A stretch of 64,000 nt of DNA from a virus (IMGVR_UViG_3300032246_001967:1-64000), one strand, 5' to 3'; shown: positions 46,495-57,006, counted from the first letter of the stretch. Notes: generated by a model from the sequence alone, not told the origin. Numbers and translations are program-made.

Positions 46495-48174
46495 ATGTCA
46501 CAAGTACAACAACTTTTAGAAAGCGCAGCAGGTTCTTGGAAGAGCATGCAAAGCGACGCAGCCAAATTATCCGGCAAATGGATTAAAACTGGCTTATTAG
46601 AAGGTTTAGGTGAGATTGATAAGAATAACATGTCAATCTTATTAGAAAACCAAGCAAAACAGTTAGTAATGGAATTTAACCAAATCTCTACTAACTCTTA
46701 CTTTACTAGCGGTACTCAAGGTGAAAACTGGGCTGGTATTGCTTTACCATTGGTTCGTAAGGTATTCGGAACTATCGTAGCGAAAGAGTTCGTTTCAGTT
46801 CAACCTATGAACATGCCTTCAGGTCTAGTGTTCTTCTTAGATTTCCAATATGGTAACACTAAGAACCCATTTGCAACTGGTGATTCTTTATATGGTCAAA
46901 GAAACGCTTCTGGTCAGTTCCCATTTGCTACTACTGCCCCTTCAGGTGCTTTATATGGCGCTGGTAAGTTTACTTACTCAACTAACCAAACTTCATCTAC
47001 AGTAGTAACAACTTCAGGTTCTAACATTAGCTCAGCTTCTTTTGCTGATGTTAACTTTGATTCTAATTTCTCAGCTTCTGTAGCTGCTGGTAACATCAAG
47101 AAAATTGCTATCTCTAGTTCAAGAGCTACTAACTTAGTTTCTATGGATTTAGATGCGGTTCGTGGTTTCATCATTACTTCAGGTTCAGTTACTGTTGGTG
47201 CTAACTTACCTCAGTTCTTTACTTATGATTACACTAACGATACTGTAAACTTCTTCGTTTCTGCTTCTACTGCTCAAATCGGTGGTGCTTCTGGTGTTAA
47301 CACTTACACAGTGTTCTACAACAAGTTAACTACTGACCAGTACAGAGGTGACTTTGAAGAATCAAGTTCATACTCAACTCCTAACTCTTTAAGTACTTCA
47401 ACTATCATTATCCCTGAGATCAATGTTAAAATGCAGTCACAAGCTATCACAGCTAAGACTAAGAAGTTAAAAGCTGTTTGGACTCCTGAGTTTGCACAAG
47501 ACTTAGCTGCTTACCAAAACATCGATGCTGAAGCTGAATTAACTAACATCATGAGTGAGTACATTTCAATGGAAATTGATCTTGAAATCTTAGATATGTT
47601 AATTGAAGATGCTGCTGCTGGTACTGAATATTGGTCAGTTGTTAACAACACTGTAATTACTGGTTCTGGTGCTGGAGCTGTTCCTACAACTTTAGCTTCT
47701 GGTTACTACAATACTCAAGGTCAATGGTTCCAAACTTTAGGAACTAAGATCCAAAAGTTAAGTAACAGAATCCACCAGTTAACTTTAAGAGGTGGTGCAA
47801 ACTTCATCGTAACTTCTCCTACAGTTGCTACTGTTCTTGAATCTATCCCAGGATTTGCTTCTACTTCAAACGGTGAAGCTGAACAAATGGAATATGCATT
47901 CGGTGTACAGAAAGTTGGTAGCGTAAACGGTCGTTACAAGGTTTATAAAAACCCTTACTTAACTGAAAACTTAATCTTAATGGGTTACAAAGGATCTCAA
48001 TTCCTTGAGACTGGTGCTGTATTTGCTCCTTATATCCCAATGATTATGACTCCATTAGTGTACGATCCTGATACCTTCACTCCACGTAAAGGTTTATTAA
48101 CTCGTTACGCTAAGAAGATGTTACGTCCTGAATTCTATGCTAAGATCTATGTTAATGGTTTAAACACCATCTAA
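46495..48174 (+). CDS. Major capsid protein (gp23-like)
   Basis: LLENQ, LPLVRKVF, VSVQPM..PSGLVF, KLKAVWTPEFAQDL, APYIP, TPRKGLLTRY. Confidence 0.97.
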   Translation: MSQVQQLLESAAGSWKSMQSDAAKLSGKWIKTGLLEGLGEIDKNNMSILLENQAKQLVMEFNQISTNSYFTSGTQGENWAGIALPLVRKVFGTIVAKEFVSVQPMNMPSGLVFFLDFQYGNTKNPFATGDSLYGQRNASGQFPFATTAPSGALYGAGKFTYSTNQTSSTVVTTSGSNISSASFADVNFDSNFSASVAAGNIKKIAISSSRATNLVSMDLDAVRGFIITSGSVTVGANLPQFFTYDYTNDTVNFFVSASTAQIGGASGVNTYTVFYNKLTTDQYRGDFEESSSYSTPNSLSTSTIIIPEINVKMQSQAITAKTKKLKAVWTPEFAQDLAAYQNIDAEAELTNIMSEYISMEIDLEILDMLIEDAAAGTEYWSVVNNTVITGSGAGAVPTTLASGYYNTQGQWFQTLGTKIQKLSNRIHQLTLRGGANFIVTSPTVATVLESIPGFASTSNGEAEQMEYAFGVQKVGSVNGRYKVYKNPYLTENLILMGYKGSQFLETGAVFAPYIPMIMTPLVYDPDTFTPRKGLLTRYAKKMLRPEFYAKIYVNGLNTI

Positions 48175-48206
48175 TATAGCCTAGAAAGGATATAATTAAG
48201 TAAAGA

Positions 48207-48238
48207 AGAGCCTAGAGATTTCTAGGCTCTCTTTATTT
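48207..48238 (+). terminator. Terminator after MCP
   Basis: AGAGCCTAGA-gatt-TCTAGGCTCT plus CTTTATTT. Confidence 0.75.
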
Positions 48239-48288
48239 CTAGGTACTTACTATATATTTATACTCAACATAGTTATAAAATAAATTTT

Positions 48289-49203
48289 ATGAAAGAAACA
48301 CCAAGTCAGTTACCTATTCAAAGTTATGTGATGAATTTCCCGTTCACCTTATCAACAGAAGATCCAAATAACATTTGGATGCAAGAACTAACTGATGATG
48401 AGTTAAGAGTTAACAAACCAAAAGCTTATAAACAATTTATGGATTTATATCAGTTTATGGCTGGTGGATCTTTAGTTTATTTATTACCTGCTGAAGGCAA
48501 TTTTCAAGATCAAGTTTATGTAGCTAACTTAGGTATTCATTTACCTCATATTAAAAATGAAAATCATATTGTTTTATCTAACTTTACTTCTGATCCTCGT
48601 AAAGGTGAAGAATTAGTAGGTGAAAAATTTTTTAACCAAATGGGTTATAAAACAGCTATTTCTCCTTACAAATGGGAAGGTGAAGCTGATTTAAAATACC
48701 TTTATGGTAACAAATATATTGGTGGTTATGGTATTCGTTCCAATATTAAAACATATGAATGGATGGAAGAACAATACAATATGGATATTATTAAGGTTGC
48801 CATGACCGATGAATATCTTTATCATTTAGATTGTTCTATATTCGCGTTAAACACAGAACAAACATTGATTTGCACCGAGTTATTTGACTCTGAAGAACTC
48901 GCGTTAATAGAAAGAGAAACAGAAATTATTGATATTGATGTTGAAGATGCTTTAGGTGGATTAACTAACTCTGTTAGATATGGTAACATGATTTTATGTG
49001 CTTCTAATATTTCTGAGTTAAAAAAATCTCATGAATATTATGAAGGTGAAAAACATAAAATTGAAACATTAGAAAAAATTTGTTCTAATGCTGGTATGGA
49101 ACCTGTTATCTTCAATTTATCAGAATATATGAAATCAGGTGCTATGCTTTCTTGTATGGTAATGCATTTAAATAGAGTTGATCATAATAGAATTTTACTA
49201 TAA
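48289..49203 (+). CDS. Amidinotransferase/arginine-deiminase (pentein) family enzyme
   Basis: DQVYVAN, RKGE, WEGEAD, YHLDC, KSGAMLSC (catalytic D/E/H/C arrangement). Confidence 0.85.
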   Translation: MKETPSQLPIQSYVMNFPFTLSTEDPNNIWMQELTDDELRVNKPKAYKQFMDLYQFMAGGSLVYLLPAEGNFQDQVYVANLGIHLPHIKNENHIVLSNFTSDPRKGEELVGEKFFNQMGYKTAISPYKWEGEADLKYLYGNKYIGGYGIRSNIKTYEWMEEQYNMDIIKVAMTDEYLYHLDCSIFALNTEQTLICTELFDSEELALIERETEIIDIDVEDALGGLTNSVRYGNMILCASNISELKKSHEYYEGEKHKIETLEKICSNAGMEPVIFNLSEYMKSGAMLSCMVMHLNRVDHNRILL

Positions 49204-49922
49204 TGGCACAAACATTACAAGAATGGTTAAATACTGAAGTTAAGCAACTTCAAAAAATGCCTGTTGGTGATTTATCTAATACTTTCTTTTTTAGAGATCC
49301 TATTAGACCTAATTTTATAGACCATGAACATTTTTATAGTCCAGCTGATGGAACTATTTTATATCAGAAATTCATTAAAGATCCTACTGAACCTATAGTT
49401 GAGATTAAAGGATTAAATTACACACTACAAGATGTCGTAGGCGATGATGAATACAATACCCCTTCATTAGTTATCGGTATATTCATGTCGTTCTACGATG
49501 TTCATATAAATCGCATACCTTACGGAGGTATTTTAAAATATAAACCACTAGACGCTATACAGTCAACTAATAAACCAATGTTAGCTGTAGAAAAGGATAT
49601 CTTAAATAAAAAGATTAATCCTGCTAATATGGAGTATTTAAAATATAATGAAAGAATGTGGAATCAAATTTACTCACCTTCTTTAGATTACAAATATTAT
49701 CTTATTCAGATTGCTGATGAGGATGTAAACGTAATTGCTCCTTTTACAAATTCACAGAATGATATATTTGCTCAAAATGAAAGATTTTCTTTAATTAGAT
49801 GGGGTTCTCAAGTTGATTTAGTATTACCGTTAGATGAAAGATTTGATTTTGAACTTTGTCTTGATGATGCAATGCATGTGCAAGCAGGAATAGATAAGAT
49901 TATTAAAATAATAAATAAATAA
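49203..49922 (+). CDS. psd: Phosphatidylserine decarboxylase-like pyruvoyl proenzyme
   Basis: FFFRDP, SPADG, IFMSFYDVHINRIP, IRWGSQVDL (G-S autocleavage site). Confidence 0.8.
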   Translation: MAQTLQEWLNTEVKQLQKMPVGDLSNTFFFRDPIRPNFIDHEHFYSPADGTILYQKFIKDPTEPIVEIKGLNYTLQDVVGDDEYNTPSLVIGIFMSFYDVHINRIPYGGILKYKPLDAIQSTNKPMLAVEKDILNKKINPANMEYLKYNERMWNQIYSPSLDYKYYLIQIADEDVNVIAPFTNSQNDIFAQNERFSLIRWGSQVDLVLPLDERFDFELCLDDAMHVQAGIDKIIKIINK

Positions 49923-49923
49923 T

Positions 49924-50613
49924 ATGGCATCAAACCATTACGAGGATGAAGTATTTAAAAATAAAAGAATACCTAAAAATCCAATTAAATTCGGAATTAC
50001 TCTGAATGAAGAACAAAAAAAAGCTAAAGAAGATATTTTAAACAATGACATTGTAGCTTTAAAAGGTAAAGCAGGATCTGGTAAAACAGCAACTGCCTTA
50101 CAAGTAGCTTTAGATCAATTGTTTAAAAGAGAAATAGAAAAAATTATAATTGCTCGTCCTTATGTAACTGCTGGTGAAGATATTGGACATTTACCAGGAG
50201 GAGTTGATGATAAATTAGCTTATTTAACTGCTCCTATATATAATATAATGCATGAGTTAGTAGGTAAAGAAAAATCAGAAAAATTAGTTAATGAAGGACA
50301 AGTTTTAGTAGCTCCTTTTGGATTTTTAAGAGGTAATACATTTTCTAACTGTTATGTTTTGATTGATGAAGCACAAAACGCTTCTATGAAACAAACAGAA
50401 TTAATGATTGGTCGTTTAGGTAGAAACTCTAAAATGATTTTTTGTGGAGACATGTCTCAATGTGATTTAAAAAATAAAAAAGACTCGGGTTTTGATTTCT
50501 TTTTAAAACTAGAAATTGAAGTACCTAAAGTTAAAGTAATTACATTAGAAAAAAACCACAGACATGAAATAGTAGAACCTGTGTTAAAAGTGTTTGCTGC
50601 TTATAGAGATTAA
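49924..50613 (+). CDS. phoH: PhoH-family ATPase
   Basis: GKAGSGKT, IARP, GHLPG, FLRGNTF, IDEAQN, GDMSQCD, HRH. Confidence 0.93.
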   Translation: MASNHYEDEVFKNKRIPKNPIKFGITLNEEQKKAKEDILNNDIVALKGKAGSGKTATALQVALDQLFKREIEKIIIARPYVTAGEDIGHLPGGVDDKLAYLTAPIYNIMHELVGKEKSEKLVNEGQVLVAPFGFLRGNTFSNCYVLIDEAQNASMKQTELMIGRLGRNSKMIFCGDMSQCDLKNKKDSGFDFFLKLEIEVPKVKVITLEKNHRHEIVEPVLKVFAAYRD

Positions 50614-50650
50614 TATTTTCCCCTGTATCTTTAATATTTATAAATAAACT

Positions 50651-51025
50651 ATGGCTGCAGGTAAATATAATATAGTAATAGAACAAGGAGCAACGTACGA
50701 CATTACAATTGCTTATAAAGATTCTAACAACAATCCTATTGACTTAACAGGATTTGGAGGAAGAATGCAAATTAGACCTTCTATAGGATCTACAACCACT
50801 TATCTATGTCTATCTAGTAGTTTACAAGCTGATGGAACAGGTTTAGAGTTTTTATCACCTACTACATCAGGATCTATAAAACTTTATATTTCTGCTATTA
50901 GTTCTTCAATGTTAAATTTTGATCAAGCTGTTTATGATTTAGAAATTGCTTCTGGTTCTTATGTAAGTAGAATACTACAGGGTGGTGTAAAATTATCTAA
51001 AGAAGTAACAACCGGTATTTGCTAA
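50651..51025 (+). CDS. Ig-like virion/fibre adaptor protein
   Basis: IEQGAT...IDLTG...MQIR...YDLEI...ILQG. Confidence 0.6.
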   Translation: MAAGKYNIVIEQGATYDITIAYKDSNNNPIDLTGFGGRMQIRPSIGSTTTYLCLSSSLQADGTGLEFLSPTTSGSIKLYISAISSSMLNFDQAVYDLEIASGSYVSRILQGGVKLSKEVTTGIC

Positions 51026-52182
51026 TGAGTGATAAAATTTACATATCATCACAAGATAACCAAGTTAATTTATCTCAAAACAATAATATAGTAGTAATTA
51101 CCGACAGTGATCAAAACCAAATTACCGTCACTCAACCAGTTACTGCTGTTCTTGAAATAAATACACCAGGCCCCCCAGGCCCTCCAGGTCCACAAGGCCC
51201 TCCGGGTACTGGAAGTTTTGATACAGGATCTTTTGCAACTACAGGATCAAATAATTTTATAGGCACTCAAACAATTAACGGGAATTTAACTATCACCGGA
51301 TCAACAGCAGGAACTTATGGTACTATCAGTAGAATAAATTTTGTTTCTGGAGCTGCTATTGTAGTAGACGGGCCTAACATGGATTTAGTTGCTGGTCCAG
51401 AAGGATGGTCTGAATTAGCTTCTAACAACGGTGAAAATTATGTTTGGGTTGATAATGAAGGAGTAAAATTAGTAACTGGCTGGAATACATCAGCCCACCA
51501 GTGGTTAATAAATCTATCAGGATCTCTAAATGCTGCTGGAGATTTAAATATGAACGGTAATTATATTACCGGATCAATTAGTGGGTCACTTACCGGTTCT
51601 TTACTAGGTACTTCATCATATTCTAATCAATCATTAAGTTCAAGTTATGCTTTAACTGCATCCTATTTAGATAATTATATTGCTCCCTTTCCTTACACAG
51701 GTTCGGCTATAATTACCGGTAGTTTAGTAGTCACAGGTAGTATAAGATCTACTAATGGATTTACCGGCTCTTTACAAGGTACTTCTTCATTTGCAATAAC
51801 TGCTTCTACTTCTATTACTGAATCAAGAACAATTACTTTTAATTTAGGAAGTATCCCAACCCCAATAACAACTGGAAGTAAAACTAATAATATATTCTAC
51901 TCACCATACTCAGGGTCTATAAAAGGATTTATTTTAACATCAAATACAAGTTCAACAACAACCTTAGATATTTGGAAAAGAAATAATACTTTACCTACAT
52001 CTTCAGATACTATTATAACAACAAATAAACCTCAGTTAATAAACAACCAATTTACTAGTTCATATAATGTATCAGGATGGACAACTTTATTTAATCCAAA
52101 TGATGTATTTTTAATAAATGTTGAAACAAATACAAGTGCTTCAAATTTAACTTTACAATTAATAACAGAAATCTATAAATAA
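51025..52182 (+). CDS. Fibre protein with short collagen-like segment (likely start ATG 51025)
   Basis: GPPGPPGPQGPPG; TGSN.F.G.Q.I.G and FTGSL.GTSS repeats. Confidence 0.65.
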   Translation: MSDKIYISSQDNQVNLSQNNNIVVITDSDQNQITVTQPVTAVLEINTPGPPGPPGPQGPPGTGSFDTGSFATTGSNNFIGTQTINGNLTITGSTAGTYGTISRINFVSGAAIVVDGPNMDLVAGPEGWSELASNNGENYVWVDNEGVKLVTGWNTSAHQWLINLSGSLNAAGDLNMNGNYITGSISGSLTGSLLGTSSYSNQSLSSSYALTASYLDNYIAPFPYTGSAIITGSLVVTGSIRSTNGFTGSLQGTSSFAITASTSITESRTITFNLGSIPTPITTGSKTNNIFYSPYSGSIKGFILTSNTSSTTTLDIWKRNNTLPTSSDTIITTNKPQLINNQFTSSYNVSGWTTLFNPNDVFLINVETNTSASNLTLQLITEIYK

Positions 52183-54644
52183 TGGCAATAGTTGCAAAAT
52201 CAATAATATATGCTTGGCCTACAGTAACTAGTAGTATTACATTAGCAAACACAGCTAGTTTGACTTATACTACAGCCTCTTTTGGTTCTAAAACTATATA
52301 TTTTCCTGAAACTTCTTCCCGTGTATTTAAATCAGTTTATGCTGAAGTTGCTTTTCATGATGATATTCAAGTATCCACAGACGGTGGATTAGCTTCATTA
52401 AAATTAGATTTAAGTATTAGCGGGTCTTCAACATCATCTTCTATTTTATGGAACCCGGCAATACCTACATCAGGTGAAAATATGTCTTTTGTAGGAGGTC
52501 CATTTGATTTTACTAGTTTTTTTAATACAAACATACCAACAGTATCTTCATCTATTAATTTAATACCTGCTTTATATTATTATCCTTCTGTAGGTACAGC
52601 ATCTTTAATGCAAAATGCTAATTTTAAATTGTATTGTACTTATGAACATGATGATATAAATACCACATATATTAAAACTGCTATTATTCCTTTAGAATCA
52701 CCTATAACTGGTCTATCAAGTGGAACTATACAAGCCAGTATTATAGGTAATAACCAAATTCCTAGGTTAATAACTTCTAGTTCTTTAGATACAAGTCAAG
52801 TAGATAATTCTAGTTTTGGTTTCACACAGAGTGGTTCTGTAAGAGTCTCTAATTTCATTAGTAATTATACTATTACAAATAGTGGAAGTTATAGAGTAAC
52901 ATTAACTACAGGATTAGGTGATATCCCACCTACTTTTGTATCAGCCTCTATCTATAATAGCTCAAGCGGTGAATTATTATACAAAACATCAGGAGGTGAC
53001 CAAATTAATTTTGATCAATATGTATTTATTTCTAGTAGTTCATTACCGACAAAATTACGTTTTCTAGTAACTGGGGATAATGATTATAATGGGGGAAATT
53101 ATCAAATATACCTATCTCAATCTGTGTTATTCCCTGGATTTCTACCAGAATCAAATATAAATATAAGAGATTATTTTATAGAAATTGAAGGTAATGAATC
53201 TGGAGGTGCTACTGTAGATATTCAAATAACTGGATCAATTACATCATCGTTTGCAAATTTAAGCACTAGGTTTACTCCGTTAGAAAGAAGTCAAACATCA
53301 GATACTTATGATAGATTAATTTGGAGTATTCCAACATCAAGTTTACCTAATATATTTCAATCTCATAATTTTGGTTTAAGAACTAATATAGCATCAAATG
53401 CAAGTTTTAGACATGTACCTATAAATTTATATGTTACGTATGAATATGATAAAACAACTACTACCCAAGTAAATAATACTATCGTTTTACCTTGGTCTTT
53501 ACCAACACCTTTAACACCTAACGGAACTGATTTTATATTAAATAGTAGTGTAGCTACAACCGTTTTACCTATTTTTGAAACAAATCCTATACTTCAGCAA
53601 AGTGCTTTAAGAATTAACTGGGATGCTAACAACTCATTAACAACAGCTTATGTAACTATAAATAACCAAAGTATAACTACATCATACACCGATGGTGGAG
53701 CTGCATTATGTGGTATGAATAGCTTACAACACAGATTTGATGTTTCCGCTAGTAACGCTAATGCTAATACAGCCAATGTTGTATTAAGACGTGGATTAAA
53801 TTACTTAACTTCTTCATTTTTTGCAAATAGTGGAGCTACATATGCTACTAATATTAACGGCTACTATATTATAAATTACACATCAAACATACATCCTACA
53901 AAAGGTGTAGATGGTTGTGTTAGAAATTATTATTTTTTAAATGATCCTATAAATGCTAGAACAGCAATAACAACACCTACTTACACATCAAGTTCCTTTT
54001 ATTATAACACAACCAATTCAGGAAGTTTATATGTTATAGATAATAGTTACAGAGTAACAACTTTTGATCAAAACAACGTAACTAGATACGATGCCGGAGT
54101 AGAATACACAGGTTCAGAAGTAGGAGGTATTTTTGGAGTTTATCCAATGGTAAACTTATATAGAAATAACATTTTAACAGATGCTGAATTAGGTGCCCAT
54201 ATTGTAACAATTACCGGAAACCCTTTTGTTAAGAAATATACAAATCAACCTAATCCTTTAGGTTTATATGATACTTTTATTCCTCACCAGTATAGATTCT
54301 ACTGGGAATCACCCGCAGGTACATCAATATCCACAAGATACGGAAGTCAAAATATCTTAGTAGCAAATAGTTATACAGCACCAATTAGTGGTAGAATTTT
54401 TAATTATACAGGATCTGGACAAGGAATAAACATTGATATTTTTAATCAAACAACAGAACAGTTACTTTTACAATTAACTTCAAGTATAGGAGGAACATTC
54501 TCAGGAACAATATTCGATGATGGTTCTCCAATATTTGCATCAGTTACAACTGGAGATACTTATGGGCGTTCAAAAGCATTAAACGTTTCAAGTTCTTTAG
54601 ATGTATATTTAATTCCTTTTGAATATGGCTATTCAAATATTTGA
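52182..54644 (+). CDS. Large S/T-rich virion protein (putative receptor-binding/appendage)
   Basis: Beta-rich composition; coupled to the fibre gene. Confidence 0.55.
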   Translation: MAIVAKSIIYAWPTVTSSITLANTASLTYTTASFGSKTIYFPETSSRVFKSVYAEVAFHDDIQVSTDGGLASLKLDLSISGSSTSSSILWNPAIPTSGENMSFVGGPFDFTSFFNTNIPTVSSSINLIPALYYYPSVGTASLMQNANFKLYCTYEHDDINTTYIKTAIIPLESPITGLSSGTIQASIIGNNQIPRLITSSSLDTSQVDNSSFGFTQSGSVRVSNFISNYTITNSGSYRVTLTTGLGDIPPTFVSASIYNSSSGELLYKTSGGDQINFDQYVFISSSSLPTKLRFLVTGDNDYNGGNYQIYLSQSVLFPGFLPESNINIRDYFIEIEGNESGGATVDIQITGSITSSFANLSTRFTPLERSQTSDTYDRLIWSIPTSSLPNIFQSHNFGLRTNIASNASFRHVPINLYVTYEYDKTTTTQVNNTIVLPWSLPTPLTPNGTDFILNSSVATTVLPIFETNPILQQSALRINWDANNSLTTAYVTINNQSITTSYTDGGAALCGMNSLQHRFDVSASNANANTANVVLRRGLNYLTSSFFANSGATYATNINGYYIINYTSNIHPTKGVDGCVRNYYFLNDPINARTAITTPTYTSSSFYYNTTNSGSLYVIDNSYRVTTFDQNNVTRYDAGVEYTGSEVGGIFGVYPMVNLYRNNILTDAELGAHIVTITGNPFVKKYTNQPNPLGLYDTFIPHQYRFYWESPAGTSISTRYGSQNILVANSYTAPISGRIFNYTGSGQGINIDIFNQTTEQLLLQLTSSIGGTFSGTIFDDGSPIFASVTTGDTYGRSKALNVSSSLDVYLIPFEYGYSNI

Positions 54645-54656
54645 TATTTATAATAT

Positions 54657-54983
54657 ATGGCTATTCAAGTAACAGATACTTTTGAGTATAACCACGGAAT
54701 TTATACTCAACCCTATTTTCGTTTAACATTACATTATCCTGTAGCAGGTACTCAAATACCTGTAGATTGTTTTATGTATCCTTCTAAAGATGCATATTTA
54801 GCAGGTGTTAGTTCAATTGCTTGTTGGCCTTTTTATATTGAAACAGCTGAAGCTCCTACAACAGAAGTAGGAAATACAGTAGTAGATAAATATCTTTATT
54901 ATGTTACTATAAAAATAAAAGAACAATTAGAAGTTTTTTATCCTACATCTACTTTTAAGATTACAGGAATCCCAACAGAATAA
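54657..54983 (+). CDS. Hypothetical fibre-associated protein
   Basis: ORF with late promoter at 54643. Confidence 0.55.
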   Translation: MAIQVTDTFEYNHGIYTQPYFRLTLHYPVAGTQIPVDCFMYPSKDAYLAGVSSIACWPFYIETAEAPTTEVGNTVVDKYLYYVTIKIKEQLEVFYPTSTFKITGIPTE

Positions 54984-54998
54984 AATAAATAATGTTAT

Positions 54999-55250
54999 AT
55001 GGAAAATACAAAATTAACTCAAGAAGAGATTCAACAATTACAAGAAATTCAACAACAAAATCAATCATTAGCTTTAGAATTTGGTAATTTAGAAATTTCT
55101 AAAATTCAAATTGAAAATCGTTATGATGAATTAGTTAAAATTTATTCTCAATTAAAAACAAGAGAAAATGAGATTGGTAAAACATTATCTGAAAAATATG
55201 GTAATGGTACTATTGATCTTGATAATGGAGAATTTATTCCTAACGCTTAA
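54999..55250 (+). CDS. Small coiled-coil protein (possible fibre chaperone)
   Basis: Q/E-rich helix ending KYGNGTIDLDNGEF. Confidence 0.55.
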   Translation: MENTKLTQEEIQQLQEIQQQNQSLALEFGNLEISKIQIENRYDELVKIYSQLKTRENEIGKTLSEKYGNGTIDLDNGEFIPNA

Positions 55251-55271
55251 TTAAAAACTAACTTTAAAATT

Positions 55272-55300
55272 AAAAGGACCCCGATGTAGGTCCTTTTCTT
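55272..55300 (+). terminator. Rho-independent terminator
   Basis: AAAAGGACC...GGTCCTTTT plus CTT. Confidence 0.7.
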
Positions 55301-55331
55301 ATTTTAAATATTTATAACCAAATACTATATT

Positions 55332-56483
55332 ATGGCAAACATTCCAATTTGGCCTGGCTCTTCATCATTTTTCCCTGGAGATACTCCTTTCGGGTTTTAC
55401 GACAACGATTATCAGTTCCAAACTGACGCTGATAAAGTTGCTAGATTTTGTTCTTTACGTTTAGGTTATCCTATTGAAAACGTAGAATTACAAGATATAA
55501 ACTTTTATACAGCATTCGAACAAGCTGTAACAGTGTATGGTAATGAAGTATACGCATTCCAATCTAGAGATAATTATTTATCTTTAGAAGGTGCTCCAAC
55601 TTCATCAGTATTAAACAATGCTTTAATCACTCCTTCAATGGCTAATATTGTTAGATTATCTCAACAATATGCTGAAGAAGCAGGTACTGGTGGTAATGTA
55701 AATTGGTACAGTGGATCTGTTACTCTAACGTCTAGTATACAAGACTATGATTTATCAGCATGGGCTGCATCTCAAAATATTACTGGTGGTATAGAAATTA
55801 AAAAAATATTCTATGAGGGTACTCCTGCCATTAGTCAACTATATAGTCCTTGGGCTGGCTTAGGTCCTGGTACTACTGCAGCTGTTGGTTTAATGGGGTT
55901 AGCAGGTTATGGTCCTTCAACTAACTTCGTTTTAATGCCTCTAAGTTATGATATGGCTAATATTCAAGCTATTGAAATGAGTAATCAAGTTAGATATTCT
56001 AACTATACTTTCCAATTAATTAATAATAGATTAAGAATATTCCCAATCCCTGGAGGTGGAGACGATGGGGTTCAATTATGGTTTAATTATATTAAAGTAG
56101 ACGAAAGAACTAATTCTGCCATTTCAAATACTCCGGGTAAAATTACTAATATAAGTAATGTTCCTTATAATTATCCAACTTATTCTCAAATTAACCCAAT
56201 TGGTAGAAGTTGGATTTTTGAATATACTTTAGCTTTATCTAAAGAAATGCTAGGTTATATTAGAGGAAAATACTCATCAATACCAATTCCAGGAGCTGAA
56301 GTAACTTTAAATCAAGGAGATTTAATAGCTGCTGCTACTGCTGAAAAAGAAGCTTTAATTACTAGATTAAGAGAATATTTTGATCAAACATCAAAACAAT
56401 CTTTACTAGAAAGAAGAGCAGCAGAAACAACTGCTCGTCAAACTGAATTGAATCAATCACCAATGACAATTTTTATAGGATAA
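55332..56483 (+). CDS. Neck protein (gp13-like)
   Basis: LRLGYP..VEL; YTLALSKEMLGYIRGKYS.IP.PG.EVTLN. Confidence 0.8.
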   Translation: MANIPIWPGSSSFFPGDTPFGFYDNDYQFQTDADKVARFCSLRLGYPIENVELQDINFYTAFEQAVTVYGNEVYAFQSRDNYLSLEGAPTSSVLNNALITPSMANIVRLSQQYAEEAGTGGNVNWYSGSVTLTSSIQDYDLSAWAASQNITGGIEIKKIFYEGTPAISQLYSPWAGLGPGTTAAVGLMGLAGYGPSTNFVLMPLSYDMANIQAIEMSNQVRYSNYTFQLINNRLRIFPIPGGGDDGVQLWFNYIKVDERTNSAISNTPGKITNISNVPYNYPTYSQINPIGRSWIFEYTLALSKEMLGYIRGKYSSIPIPGAEVTLNQGDLIAAATAEKEALITRLREYFDQTSKQSLLERRAAETTARQTELNQSPMTIFIG

Positions 56484-56484
56484 T

Positions 56485-57006
56485 ATGGCACTTTTTGGAC
56501 AGGATCGGGACATATCAATGTTTAGATACATCAACAGAGAGTTGATGCAGAACATTATTTCTCAACAAGTAGTGTTTTACAAAGTTAATGTTCAAGAAAC
56601 TGTAATAAATATGTATGGTGAAGCATCAACTGGTAGATCATTTAATGAACCTCTTTTATTATATGCTTTAGTAGAAGTTGGTGATCAAACTGCACCTATA
56701 CAAGATGATTTAGTAGGATTTAATTGGCCTATGACTTTTAAATTCTTAAGAGATGATTTAGTAGATGCTAATGTTGTTCCTGAAATTGGAGATTATATAA
56801 TGTGGCAAGATGCATATTGGGAAATTGATAATGAAAATGTTGTACAATTCTTTACAGGTAAAGACCCAGATTATCCTTATACTGATGGAAATGGAAATAA
56901 CCCATTAGAAACAGATTTATCTCAATTTGGTTATAACTTATCTGTAGTTTGTACTGCTCATTACGTTCCAAGTGATAGAGTTGGTATTGATAAAATGAGA
57001 TTATAA
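56485..57006 (+). CDS. Head completion/neck protein (gp14-like)
   Basis: MYGE, PEIGDYI, YWEI; position after gp13. Confidence 0.65.
   Translation: MALFGQDRDISMFRYINRELMQNIISQQVVFYKVNVQETVINMYGEASTGRSFNEPLLLYALVEVGDQTAPIQDDLVGFNWPMTFKFLRDDLVDANVVPEIGDYIMWQDAYWEIDNENVVQFFTGKDPDYPYTDGNGNNPLETDLSQFGYNLSVVCTAHYVPSDRVGIDKMRL

Noticed and set aside
38264-48174. Introns or inteins in terminase, portal or MCP
   Set aside because: ORFs are continuous, of normal size, and show no intein splice motifs.
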